A DNA stretch of 64,000 nucleotides from Chrysomallon squamiferum (taxonomy: Eukaryota; Animalia; Mollusca), in contig CM022671.1 in the NCBI GenBank assembly GCA_012295275.1, positions 2,666,001 through 2,730,000 on the forward strand, in the 5' to 3' direction. The first letter of the stretch is position 1. Each line of letters starts with the position of its first letter. A program made the position numbers and the translations under genes. Below are positions 12,604 through 27,255 of this stretch, in pieces. The notes under the pieces were generated by a model, which ran no database searches, was not told the DNA's origin, and saw only the letters and a program-made list of their open reading frames with translations.

Positions 12604-15600
12604 ACAATGTTTTTATTTATTTATTTGTTATTGTTTAAGTATTAATGTAATTGATTAAAATATTTATTTATTACTTAACAAAATTTAACCACCAAGTACA
12701 CGTAAAATATATTTTAAAAAAGATTTAAGAATAAGAAGAAATAAATAAATAAATAAATTAGTTAATTAATTAATTATTTTTAAAATGTGTGTGGTATACA
12801 TACATGTGTGTGTATGTGTACTCTACATACACTGAACTCAAAATAGTAATGTTGATTAATTTTGTGGGTATGGATATAATATTTATAGCTTTGAAATCAA
12901 TAATGGTGACAGCAGATAAGCTTAAGGATGTTAGCCAGGGTGTTACAGTGAAATGGATATCGATCTATATCGATTTATTGATGAACTTTGCAGATGTTTT
13001 TATTTTCTAGTAATAAAATTATTCATATTTTGACCTTAAGACTGGAATGAATGAATATTTTTTACCACTCCATCTAGTAAAATAGCTAGGCTGTTGTTTA
13101 TTACTTGTTATTAAATAAACTTAAATGTATCTGTGGCGTTTTGAATAAATTATCTATTACCATTTTTTACATTTACCAGTTTTATTTTTATGCGTTAGAA
13201 CTCACAATATTAAATAAGAAATATTACAATAAAATAATACTTTTATAACCGATTTTATCGCCTCCACTGTACCGCTTCACAAATGGAGTTTTGACATCAT
13301 CACATACATAACGCACTAATATTTAATCTGACAACAGTATACTCTGTAATAATTATTGAAAAACACGCTCAGGTATTTTAAAACTGTAATTATTTGTTAT
13401 AGTGCACTGCGTCAGCCGTCTGCTCTGTAGCGTGATCTGGGCTTGAATGTCGTCACTTGAGATTCTCCTCTGCAGCCATTTCCTATAACTTTCGGGGGTT
13501 TCCTCGCTTTGTTGCATTATTTCGTTATGTATTGACAACAGTTGACAAGAAACAAATAAAACAGAACTCAAAAGTATGAAGAGTTAGATCAGGAATGTAA
13601 TTTTCAAAGAAAACTGATTTCGTAGCGCCCAGAATATTGAGAAGGTTTACTGGTAGACTTAATTTGGACATCATCATTTTAGTACTCTAAAACAGAGGTA
13701 TCATTAATGTAGTTAAACTATTTCTTCGTATCATTAAAATTAAAGAAGTATATAAATAAAAAGTTATCTGAAATATAAATTTCACATTTCTAGAAATTAG
13801 GTATATAAACGGTCTTTAATCTGTAAACATTTTGTAATTATATTTTCAAGACTAGTTAATACAACTTTCAAAATGAAATGTGTTTTATAAAATATAATAA
13901 AAAAGTGGTTGTCAGAAAACAGCGACAGCGCTATGCAGTTGCATCGGACATCGTTATCTAGCTTAAATGCATATACTTTTGCTTTCATTTCAGGTTAAAG
14001 AAAAAGAAAAAAAGTCTGTTATGATTTGTGATTTCATTGTTATTTCAAGCATATAATGTATACTGTGGATATTACATTTGTTAACACTCATGCTTGAGGT
14101 TTTCTTTTCCTGGATAATTCCTACGTCGTGTTTTTTGTGCTGATTTATCATGTAGCAAGATTAGAATTATACATTTAAGAACTACTCGGGTCAGTTATAA
14201 ACAGTTTGTTAGAACAGGTAACTTAATATTCATATTCTTAAAATACCCAGTTTATATTTGTAGTAACGTTAGGATGTATTGTTTCACGTGAAATGCACAA
14301 TCGCATCAATTTATAAAAATAGTTATACATCAGTATAAATTTATTGGCCATTAATGTATTGTTAATTATACCTTTCTCTAAGTGAGTTCCTTAAATATGC
14401 ACAATACTGTTTTATTAAATATGCCTATAGAATTGATCATTTGAAATATGATTGTGTATTTTATACGGTTTGATTAAAGCATTCCTTAAAATGTAATGCT
14501 GTTTAAGTGTAAGAACTATATTTGTACATTAATTGAAAAAAAAAAATATATATATATATATATATAATAAGTATGTATGTATGAAAAATTATATATAAAA
14601 AAAAAAAAAAAAAAAAAAAATTATAAAGCTTTCTAGTTCTCATAAAAAAAAAAATAATAAAAAAAAAAAAAAGTTGATTTCAGAATTTCAAAAATTTCGC
14701 TTCAAGCTAAATGCAAAATGTCGGTGTTTCGCTGGATGTTGCGACATGTCCAAAGTAGATATTAAAATGATACACCATTGACACATTTTCCACAAAACCA
14801 ATCCAAACAGTTTTACTCTTGATTATTTTTTATTTTGTTAAATAAACTTTGCAAAGATAAAAAAAAGGGAACGTCATCACCATGAGAAAAGATATAATTC
14901 ACCAGTTTACATGTAGAAAATGGAGTGAAACAAGGTTGTAAATTTTCACCAAATTTATAAAAGATTTGGCTGATGAAATTAAAGAACAGGAATATGGTGC
15001 TGAACTTGATGATACGCGTGTATACGCATGTAATCATGTTTTAGAATATATTGACAGTTGTAGATATCTTGGCTTGTGATTCGATGGACACATGAATGAA
15101 TGGAGTCTCAGTGTAAACAAAATCTCCAAACAGAGTACTCTTAGTTTGTTTTTCAAATGTTTTAGTGCAGGATGAATAGCCCACGCTATGTTTAAACTCC
15201 TTTTCAAAAGTCTCATTGAACTGGTTCTGCTGTATGGTCCAGCTACATAGGGTTTAGATCTTTATACATTAGCTTAAATCTGTTAGAAATTTATCGCTTT
15301 GAAATCAGTCAAGAATATTTGAAATAGAAGCGATGAATAAGATTGGTTTAACATTTTTTTATGGAACGATAGAAACCAGTTAAATGGAAATAGATTAAGA
15401 TTTTATAGAAAGTTTTAAAAAGATATATGTTCTGAGTTATATACTCAAGTAATTGTTCCCATACTACATAGAAATTCTGGTAGCTTCCCTTTAAATATTG
15501 ATATAGGAAGATTAAATAAACGTCCTATTCCTTTAACATAACGTTTTTTTTTTTTTGTAAGGGTTGTATTGAAAATGAACAGCAATTTTTATAATTTTGT

Positions 15601-17998
15601 CTTATATTTGATTGTCCTAGATGTGTTTTAAACGAAAATATGAATTTTTTAGTATCAATATTTCCAAATTTTATCTCCAAATAAACAATTAATTTTAGTA
15701 ATGAATAACAAAATACAACGTTTAATAACAGGCTTCATATTTACAATGTTTCAAAGTTTTAATTACCTATTTATTTATTTTTGTATTTAGTATTATTATC
15801 GTATGTAATCACCTTCTTCTTAATAATTATATTAAGGAAACTTGTTTTCACTGTTATTCTACAATCGAAGAATTTCTTCCAGTGTAAATCTTAGTGTTAA
15901 AATATACGCAAATCACGGGATCGTGTGAAAGATCACTGTATGGTTTTCACTGTATAATAATAATAATAATAATTTCTGAATATATGTTGGAGTGATATAA
16001 AGGAAAAATGCAAAACAAAGATCGAACAGTGAAATAAAAGATGAAAATAAAAAAAAAAAAAAAGAACAAAAAAAAAAAAAAAAAAACACCATAGCAAAGA
16101 ATCCTTTAAAAAACATCCTAACTGATTTTAGGTTCGACCCACAGTCACACGATAAGCAGTGGAGAAGATAAGAAATCTCCCACTTTGACAGAAAGTATTG
16201 GACTTGGAATGAGATTTGTTATCTCCACGATAAGTAAGTCATTTCCAAGTGTGAAGAACATCAGCACTGACAGTCTGCAAGACTGGCTTCACAGTGAAGA
16301 CAGAGAAGTCGTCTTACTGGTAAATTACAAAATATGTTATCTTAATGATAACTTAGCGAGGTATTTTGTTACTGAACATAAAGTCGTAACGTATTAATTG
16401 TAGGTCAAAGAAACCTTAGAATACTGATAACTTCTTACAAATAATGTATATTATTGTAAATATTTGAAAATGGCTTTGTGTTAGGTAATTTCTTTAAAGA
16501 GTTCAAGTTAAAATATAGGAATCTTCTTAAAGAGATAGTGTAGTAATAATAACCTAAAGATAGAGAATTATAGGTAATGTATTAAAAGATACGTATTAAT
16601 TCATTTTTATTAGTAGTTTTCTTAAGACAGTATTAAAGAAGTATGTTTTGGGTTATTTCCTAAATATAGTTTATGTTGGTTCTTATTTAGAAATACTGTT
16701 ACTTATATATTGTTTTAAGATGTGGCGTGTTTCTGGTAACATCGTAAGACGTTATGTTTTTACTATACCTTCAAGTAAGATCATTCTTGTTATTTTTAAA
16801 ATTACATGAATATTTGCTCATTTGTAATTAACGAAACAGATATTTTTTATATAAAGTGAATGTGTAGGTTTTCTGAATATAGCTTTCTATATATGCACAC
16901 AATTTTATTTGATAAATAAATGTAGATTATTACGAGTCCAGTAATATGTGAATTAATAACATTACTTAATTCTTCTGTGAAATACATATATATTTTTTTT
17001 TGTTCCCTTTTCCTATTTTCCTTTTTCTTTTCTTTTCCTTTCTTTTTTTTTTTTTTTTTCTTTCTTTCTTCAAATTCCTTCTTCTAGAAGGTAGATTCAT
17101 TGCTTTTAACTAATTACAGGACTGTAGAGATCCGGAAGAATACGAAGTGAGTCGAATGCCACAGTCGATAAGAGTGGACTGGAAAACGGAAGACGTTGAC
17201 AAATTGATGAACACGTTGACTGAATCGAAATTCAAAAACGAAAGTGAGACTTTCATTTACCCAAAAAACATTTTAATCAGCTTCTTTAAAAAATATACAT
17301 ATAAAAATAACTGAGATATAATTATTCATAAGTTTCTTGAAATGATCCAGTTTGAATTCTTGATAAGAAATTTTGGCTTAATATCTAAACTTTTGAAAAC
17401 TGTTTTGTCGATTCTTAAGTTTCAAACGCTTTTGCTATAAATTAATAACAGATATTTGTCTTTTATGGTGATTATCACCAGCTTTTGAAAAAAAAAAAAA
17501 AAAAAAAAAAACAACAACATTGAGTGTATTTTCTTTGCAGACGATGTAAAAAAGACAATTGTCTGTTACTGCTCTGTCGGCTATAGATCCAGCGACTTTG
17601 CAAAGAAGATCCAAGAATATCTGAAAAAACAAGGCAAGTCTGTCCGATTTTAAAATACGTCTGCTATTTAAAACAATTAATAACTTATTAAAAAAAAAAA
17701 ATGTTTCGTGTTTAAGAATATATCAAAATATATATTGTTAATATTTTTGCTTATTTACTTAATAATTAAATAATTACTTAATTAATTTAATTATTATTAA
17801 TTATTATTATTATTATTATTATTATTATTTTCAGATGGGGAAACGAATTATGAGATATATAATCTGGCAGGATCGCTTTTCAAATGGGCTAACGAAAATC
17901 GAGAATTAATTGATAATGAAGGACAGAAGACAGTATTTGCTCATCCGTACAATGTGGTATGGGGTAAACTTTTAAAGCGAGAACTCAGAAAATCTTAA
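12282..17998 (+). CDS. Rhodanese-like sulfurtransferase, copy 1, with predicted mitochondrial presequence
   Basis: Core exons 16132-16319, 17120-17243, 17541-17633 (GC donor), 17835-17998 encode ...FPSVKNISTDSLQDWL..VVLLDCRDPEEYEVS..IVCYCSVGYRS..IYNLAGSLFKWANE..FAHPYNVVWGKLL. The core is high confidence. Proposed 5' exons 12282-12304 and 14156-14217 are phase-compatible (2, then 1) but less certain. Confidence 0.8.
14830..15760 (+). mobile_element. Degraded non-LTR retrotransposon (LINE, CR1/L2-group-like) RT and C-terminal fragment, in an intron of rhodanese copy 1
   Basis: Frameshifted, stop-containing remnants: ENGVKQGCKFSPNL (~14916), DLADEIK, LEYIDSCRYLGL*FD, LFKSLIELVLLYGPAT*G, NRLRFYRKF, SFPLNIDIGR, CKGCIENEQQFL*FC. 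These resemble the LINE ORF2 motifs GVxQGxxLSP, YKYLG, LLYGxxxWG, LxIETGR and C..EDExHFL..C. Boundaries approximate. Confidence 0.8.
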
Positions 17999-18819
17999 CA
18001 TTCAAAAACTTATGCATCTTCTTTCGCTTATTTCGAGAACATTTATTAGATTGCAAACGAGCTGTTTTATTTTTCTACATAATGGATGAAACAGGGTTTT
18101 GTCTTTTTTGGACTTGGACCGTATAAATATATTGTTTATCTTGCACTTCAGTATAAATATTTTTTTAGAAACTAAAAGTTTTGGTTTTGGAATCGCACTC
18201 ACTAAATGTTCTGTTTTTAGTGCCGGTATACACCCGGGAGAAAATCCCACATGACTGTTCGCTTACAATTCTTTTGAGGTACTATTGTCCATTCCACCAC
18301 CTTCAGATTCTGTCTCCAATTTAGTTTCAGGCGAATCCAACATTTATTAAATTTTTATATTATCAGTTTTATTCAGGATTTATTTTTGTAATCACATTGT
18401 TTTCCCTCTGTTTAGAATGATGTATACAGCTGTCATCTATTTTTATACAAGTTGAATTTAATTATATATATAGTAACTGATCAGATGATATTATTTTAAT
18501 AATCATTGTTTCTATGATTCCTTGGCTGAAAATGCTATTTTTTAAATTTTATTATTATTATTATTATCATCATCGTTATCATCATCATCATCATTATTAT
18601 TTATTTATTATTCTAAGTTTTAGTTTTTATAACAATTTTATTTTGCGTAAATACAGATGACAGCTATTCTCCTGTACTAATTAGCAGAAGGTAAAAACAG
18701 TTTTATGTTAGTTGTTTACTAATTTAGATAATATATATCGTTTAGTTTGTTTTAATTGGCTAATTCTACACATACAGACGAAACACTAGTGATGAAAATG
18801 GGTTTGATTGTAGTGAGGT

Positions 18820-18870
<51 letters not shown>

Positions 18871-19930
18871 TATCTATACATAAATAAAATTATAGCAAAT
18901 AAATATATCTATAATAAGTGATATAAATAACTGATATAAAAAAGGAAATACTAGTGCAATAATATGTATATGTAAACTGAGAGGTGAATATGTGTAAGTA
19001 TCTTACAATTTCCATTTTCATCACCGATTTTTCGATCAAGAATACATTTATATATACATGTGTGTGTGTGCGTGTGCGTGTGTGTTATTACCATTAATTT
19101 ATATATTTTCTTTACTCCCGCCTTAGATGAATAAGAGCAATGCAAGACTGGTTCAAGTTATTTTTATTTGCATAGCGTCCTTATTTGTGTTTAATATACT
19201 AGGTTAACATATTTGGAACTGAAAGGTATTTGAAGAACAGCTATAAAATAAATGACATTTTCAATTTATTGCTTAAAAATAAACATTTTTGAAGGTCACA
19301 ATATTTTAATTTAAAAAAAAAAGAAAGAAAGAAAAGAAGTGTTTTATATATTTAATTATAATAAAATGTTTAATAAGAACGTAATCCAAACAAAACATCA
19401 ACTGTGAGTAGGTATGTACGTGCGTGAATGTAGGGGTATTTTGGGGGAGTTTTGTTGCCTAGAAATGAGCCATTTTCAGTTTGTCAAAATTTTTATATAC
19501 CAAAAAAAAAAAAAAAAAACAATTAAATTTAAAATAATGTTTTACTCAGCAAAACTAAGACAATAATAATGATAACAGAATAATGTATTTAATTATATTT
19601 CTCTTTTATACTTTAATATGCTTTTTAATTATTATTATGTATATTATGTACTGTTATGTATTGTGCATTATTATTATTATTATTATTATTATGATTTATG
19701 CATCGTATCTTTTCATTTTACCTTGTACTTCCACAGAAATGTAAAATAAACTATTACTAAATTACTGGAAACATAGCTGTTATTTGTGTTGTTGTGGATT
19801 TAATAGTTATGACTAAAAGAATAATTTTTTTCAATTTCTGAACACTATCTTAAATTATTTCATTTACTTATTACAAAACAAATAAACAAAACACTTTCAA
19901 GTTTGTTATTTTTTTAAATTTTATTTCGTT

Positions 19931-19982
19931 CACCTAAATAAGGCCCCAAAATTTCAGCGCGTGAACAAGAGTTTAGGCCCTT
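19931..19982 (+). promoter_or_regulatory. Shared upstream motif, rhodanese copy 2
   Basis: CACCTAAATAAGGCCC...GAGTTTAGGCCCTT (19969-19982), followed by a likely non-coding first exon ending at the donor ACA|GTGAGT (~20037). Confidence 0.6.
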
Positions 19983-20412
19983 ATATTAAATAGGCTATTT
20001 TATTTCTGGGGCATACACAGGTTGTTTATATTTACAGTGAGTAGAAACGCAGATTTAAAATATTTTAAAACCAAATTTTATCTTGGAATTTTTTAAAGTC
20101 ATTTTTCATTGTTTGATTTCCTATGTAGATATCAAATCATGACAAATGTGTCATTTGGTTTAGAAATCCTACATGATGCAATAATATGTTCACTGCATCA
20201 GTTATCAGTACATGTTCGCTTTTAATATATTCATTTGACATTTGAACTGTTACTCAACTTAATGTTAGAAATGTGTCTTACATTAGTCTTTGAGAAATGC
20301 ATATAAGTTACTGTACTGAGGTGATGTAATAATACCGAATGTCGATAAATAAATAAATAAATAATTTATTTATATATAAAAAAAAAATATTTTGTATTTA
20401 TAGTAGTATATT

Positions 20413-20414
<2 letters not shown>

Positions 20415-20495
<81 letters not shown>
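20415..20495. repeat. (CT)n microsatellite
   Basis: Perfect CT run. Confidence 0.98.
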
Positions 20496-20501
<6 letters not shown>

Positions 20502-20761
20502 TATGAGTATTTTAAAATGAAACATAGACTATTACAGTTCTTTATTAACTAATCATTACAGTCCATTCAGAAATATCTTGGATATACCATCAGATTCACA
20601 TAATGTTATCTTAATCCAAAACGTTTTGAAACATGCTTCAAAAGAATATATTAAGCTGCCTCGATGTATTTTTCTGTCTGTCTATTGTGAACTGCATTTT
20701 ATTTTCATAAACATGCATATAAAATAATTTGCTGTCAAAGTCTAATCTGAAAATTGTTAAG

Positions 20762-22560
<1,799 letters not shown>

Positions 22561-24538
22561 CATTTTGCAAGAAATATTTATAACATACTTGAGTGTGTAT
22601 ATCAACAACTTGTGTCTTTGGCATCAGGAAAACAATTTCACGCACTAGTTTATTATTCTTTGTAATGCCTTAGGATAGAATCTGGATTTTAGAAGAAATG
22701 AAGCTGCCATCATCACAGTTAATAAAACTTTCAACATTAATGTAAAAAAAAAAAAAACCATAAATCTTTTGTGAAAAATAGTGATGATATAGACAAATTG
22801 TAACATCTTCTGGGTCTATTCACAACCTGTAAGCTATATCTTGCCCTGCTTAATCATACAAACCAATCCAAGAAATGTGTTATTTCACTGGTTCCATATT
22901 GAAAAATTCAGCTTGTTAGAAATTTGTAAGTTTAAATAAATTTATATAATTCAGTTTTCATTAATTATAATGATATCATGTAAAGTATGTAATATAAGGG
23001 AAATAATATTCATTTCTAATATAATCACTAGAAATCTGGTTAGTTTTACTTGAGTTTGAAGGCAAAGATATAAACTATATTTATATTACATGGGATAGTG
23101 TAAGGCTTGTGAAACATTGCAGTTTTAAAATTCTCTTCAAGAAATATATTTATGAATTTTATTAGTTTATTCAATTTTATTTTTAACTTATTTGTAAAAT
23201 TGTTTATAGCTACTGCAATGAAATTATATGCATGTTGAAAGCTGTTACAAAAATTCTGTGGTATTTTCAAAAACAAAATTGATATGTGCTTACTGATGTA
23301 TTATACTGCACTATACAATTATCTTTGAGGTATGTCTTTTTTTTATTATACTGAATAAATATATTTTAAATTAAATATGTCTGTTGTAAATAAATAATAC
23401 TGTGTGATAAATATATCACAACAAGATGTTTAGATAGTATTTATATAATGTGTGCTTGATACATTACTCACACAATTTGAAATAAAGTTTAGACATTTTG
23501 AAAATAATGCACAGAAATTTAAAATAAATTGATAAGCTTTGTTTAACAGAGATTTAGACACTTGAATTATAAAGTATTCCCATAGAAAGGAATTAAGAGC
23601 ATACAACTAATATTGTCAGATTTATTTTAAAAAAAAAGAAATTATATTAACTATTTTAAGGTTTTGTTCTTTTAGAAACCACAAATAATTTCAGTCTGAG
23701 ATTTAGCTGTATAAAGAAAAGAAATAATAATAGAAATAACAACATTAATATAAAATTCTTAATTGCCATGATAACAAAATAATTTTTTGATATATACTGG
23801 TTTGGAAAAAAATAAGATTAATTTAGAGTGAATTCAAGTTAAAATAGAATGTTTCTCACCCTAAATTTTCAAAATAATAGTATTAATAATAATGTGGTCA
23901 TAGTTAAAAAAAAAAAAAATTAAAAGAACAATAGTGATAATAGCAACATGTGACTGCTGACATTTATCAATGAATTACACATTAAAATAAAACTGAAAAA
24001 TATAATTAAATACATAACATAAATGAAAATAAGGTACTAAAAATGTTATGGTTTAAAAATAAAATTATTTCATGAATTTGAGGATACTTTATTCACTTCA
24101 CTGATCATAACAAAATGATATCTTTACAATAGTGAATTATAATTGTATGCCACTAAATATAAATAATGTATTTATTTAATAGCTTATAAAGAGATGAATA
24201 CTGAATTCATATACTTAATTGCTTTGAGTTGTTCTCATATGAAATACTAAATAGCTAAGTATTGTTTTGGTTTAGAAAGAAAACAGTTATATACATACAA
24301 AAATTCTAATCTTATTGAATAAAATTATAAATAAAAAAAAAAAAAAATTAAATAATAATAATAATAATATAGGCCTTAGAATAATACTTATAAATTTCAG
24401 AAATTATTTTTTTAAATCTTAATTTCATAATACATATGGATATGTTGTTAAAAAATATAATTAGAAGATAAACGGAAACGTTGATATCGTGTTAAATTAC
24501 TGTTGCTTTTGTTTTCATTATTTATTTAGAAATAATGT

Positions 24539-24582
24539 CACCCAGATTGTGCCTCGTTAATGGAGATGGAGTTTAGGCCCTT
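24539..24582 (+). promoter_or_regulatory. Shared upstream motif, rhodanese copy 3
   Basis: GAGTTTAGGCCCTT at 24569-24582 is identical to 19969-19982; likely non-coding exon donor TAG|GTAATC ~24685 and acceptor at 25183. Confidence 0.6.
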
Positions 24583-25091
24583 GATAATTCTAAAATAATA
24601 GTTATATGTTTGTTTATTTCAGGGATGTTTGATTCATATTTATATGAATTAATTTCAAAGTGTCATAGGTTATAACTTGTATTAGGTAATCATATATACT
24701 TTACTGATTTTTAAAGTAAATCCATAGATTATTAAAAGTTAAGTTATTTTAAGTTTTAAAAACGTTTTACCAAAAATGAGACAGTTTAATAACAAGGTGA
24801 AGGTCTGTTGTCTATTCAGTCTGCTAAAGGGTGTAAAAACATCACGTATTTCAGTGTTTGGTATCAGACAAACCACGTATCTCAGAAAGTATTTAAGAAA
24901 AAAATAATAATAACATATATACATGTATATGCCATCATTGAGAATATTGTACATGTAGAAAATGTTTATTAAGAATCTATATCAGTATTTGCCTTTCTTT
25001 TATTATTGTTATACAAAATCTTGAAATTTGGCTACAAATAATTAATTATAGCTAAATAGACATTTATTTATTATTATTATTATTATTTTAA

Positions 25092-25122
<31 letters not shown>

Positions 25123-25205
25123 AAAAAAAAAAAAAGAAAATTATCTTATTTTACTGTTTTCTGTTTTATTTCTTTATTTACAGAAGTTGTAACTTGTAAG
25201 GCAAG

Positions 25206-26569
25206 ATGGCAACAGGTGGAATTGATAAAAAAGAATTGACGGAAGGTGCTGGTTTTGGCTTGAGATATATCATCAATTCAATGATTTCTAAGTTTCCTAC
25301 CATCAATCATATCAGCACAAAGACACTAAATAACTGGATAGATAGTAAAGAGAAAAAGCTTATTTTGCTGGTAATGATTTTCTTTATTTTAAAAAAACAA
25401 TAGTCATTCTGAAAACTATAGCTATAAAAGACTGTTTCTTGCACATGCACATACATTTTGAAATGATAATAATAACACTTTGGTCTCTGTGAAAGGAGGG
25501 TGTTTATATATCTCCAAGTTTATCTATTTTTGATAAAGCAAGATTTATTTGCTGTCAGAAAAAACTTGATTTTCATATTTCATTTCTGCTCTTACTGATG
25601 CTTTTATCATGATCATTATTATTACTAGCATTATCATTTTTTAAATTATTTTCATCACAAAGATACTGATGTTTTTAAAATTCGTTTTACTGCTGCTGCT
25701 ACTACTACTACTACTAGTTACTACTATTATTACTACTAAAATACTGTTATTGTTGTTGTTCTAGGATTGTCGTGAGCCGGAAGAGTACGAGGTGAGTCAT
25801 GTGCCAGATGCAGTCCGGGTGGACTGGGGAAGGCAGGACATAGAACAACTTGTCAATTCACTCTCTCTGACGAAGAAAGATGGTAATTACATGTAAAAAA
25901 GCCTCTTACAGTTTAATTATCTGGAGAGTCTTGAATTTATTGGTATTGTTATTCAGGTGTTGTTGTTGTTTGTTGTCTTATTATCAGTGATGTATTTAAC
26001 CATGTGTAAAACCATATACTTTAAAATGTGTTAAACATGCCATTAAATAAATTACATATTTAAATGTCATTTTTTTCAGCTGGAGATGAAGGCAACAAGG
26101 CAATTGTTTGTTATTGTTCTCTTGGTTTCCGAGGCTGCACAATGGCCAAGAAAATACAAGACTTTTTCAACAAAAAAGGCAAGTTAAATAAAATATATTT
26201 CAAAAGAGCATATTTCAGTAACATCCTTTTCTTTTGCATCTAGATTAAATTTGTAACTTACTTATCTGGAGATAAAATTCCATTGTAAATATTTTCACTT
26301 TATTTCTGGGTTTTTTTCTTCTAAATTGTAAAAAGCAAACAATAAATGGTTAATGAAGTTAGGTTTAGAACACAGTAATTACTTTATGGCAAGGTTTATT
26401 TACAGATGATCCACCACCAGTGGAGGTGAATAATTTGGCTGGAGCTCTTATTAAATGGGCCAATGAAGGACGCCCTCTGGTGGATGGCAAGGGACAGAAG
26501 ACAGTTTACTGTCATCCACATCTTTTTCTGATGCGAGGGTTTCTGAACAAGGCTGTTAGGAAATGGTAA
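25206..26569 (+). CDS. Rhodanese-like sulfurtransferase, copy 3
   Basis: Exons 25206-25370, 25765-25882, 26080-26178 (GC donor), 26406-26569: MATGGIDKK..FPTINHISTKTLNNWI..LLDCREPEEYEVSHVP..IVCYCSLGFRGC..VNNLAGALIKWANEGRPLVD..YCHPHLFLMRGFLNKAVRKW*. Confidence 0.92.
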
Positions 26570-27255
26570 TAATGTTTTTAAAAACTTAGTAAAACAAATT
26601 TTTCACTCAGTAAATAGTAAATATTAAACATTTATTATATTCTTATTTAGAAACAAATGTTTGCTTAAGAAAAGTGTACCTAAGTTTAAGTATGAATCTT
26701 AATGTTTTCAAAGCATCTAACAGAATTTGCTTTGTAAAAAATATACAATATATTTTGTAGTTCTAATTAATACTATTTATCTTGTAGAATGACCTGGCTA
26801 AAACAACAAATCTGAGTATTTCTATTACCTGAAGTTAAGATACAAACAGAAACAGCAAGAATAACACCAAGAAGAAAGAAATAAATGGACTTGAATTTAT
26901 CATGCATTATGGAAAAGACATTTATAATTGTCCAGTGTAAAAATATTTTATATTTGTCTTTTATTTTGATTTAGATGATTATCCTGTATTTAAAAAAAAG
27001 AAAAGAAAAAAATATTTGAAAGTTAAACTTTTAAAATAAGAAGAGATATTAATGTTTTTATACATTGTAATTAGATAGGTTTAAACCAGTAGCTTTTTGG
27101 GAACACATGTTTAGGCTAATCATAAGATTTTTTATTTTACTTCAAAAATTAAAATAACAAAAACAATTATGGACTAATATTTTATTATTATGTCTTATGA
27201 CTTTACTGTTTTATTTTTTGGTAGCATCATTAATTTGTAAGATGTCACTTTTCAG

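Noticed and set aside
13576-13697. Possible coding 5' exon for rhodanese copy 1 (donor GAG|GTATC)
   Set aside because: All three frames contain stops shortly before the donor and no usable ATG; at most a non-coding alternative exon.
18231-18252. CACCCGGGAGAAAATCCCAC, resembling a SINE core word
   Set aside because: Too short and isolated to call an element.
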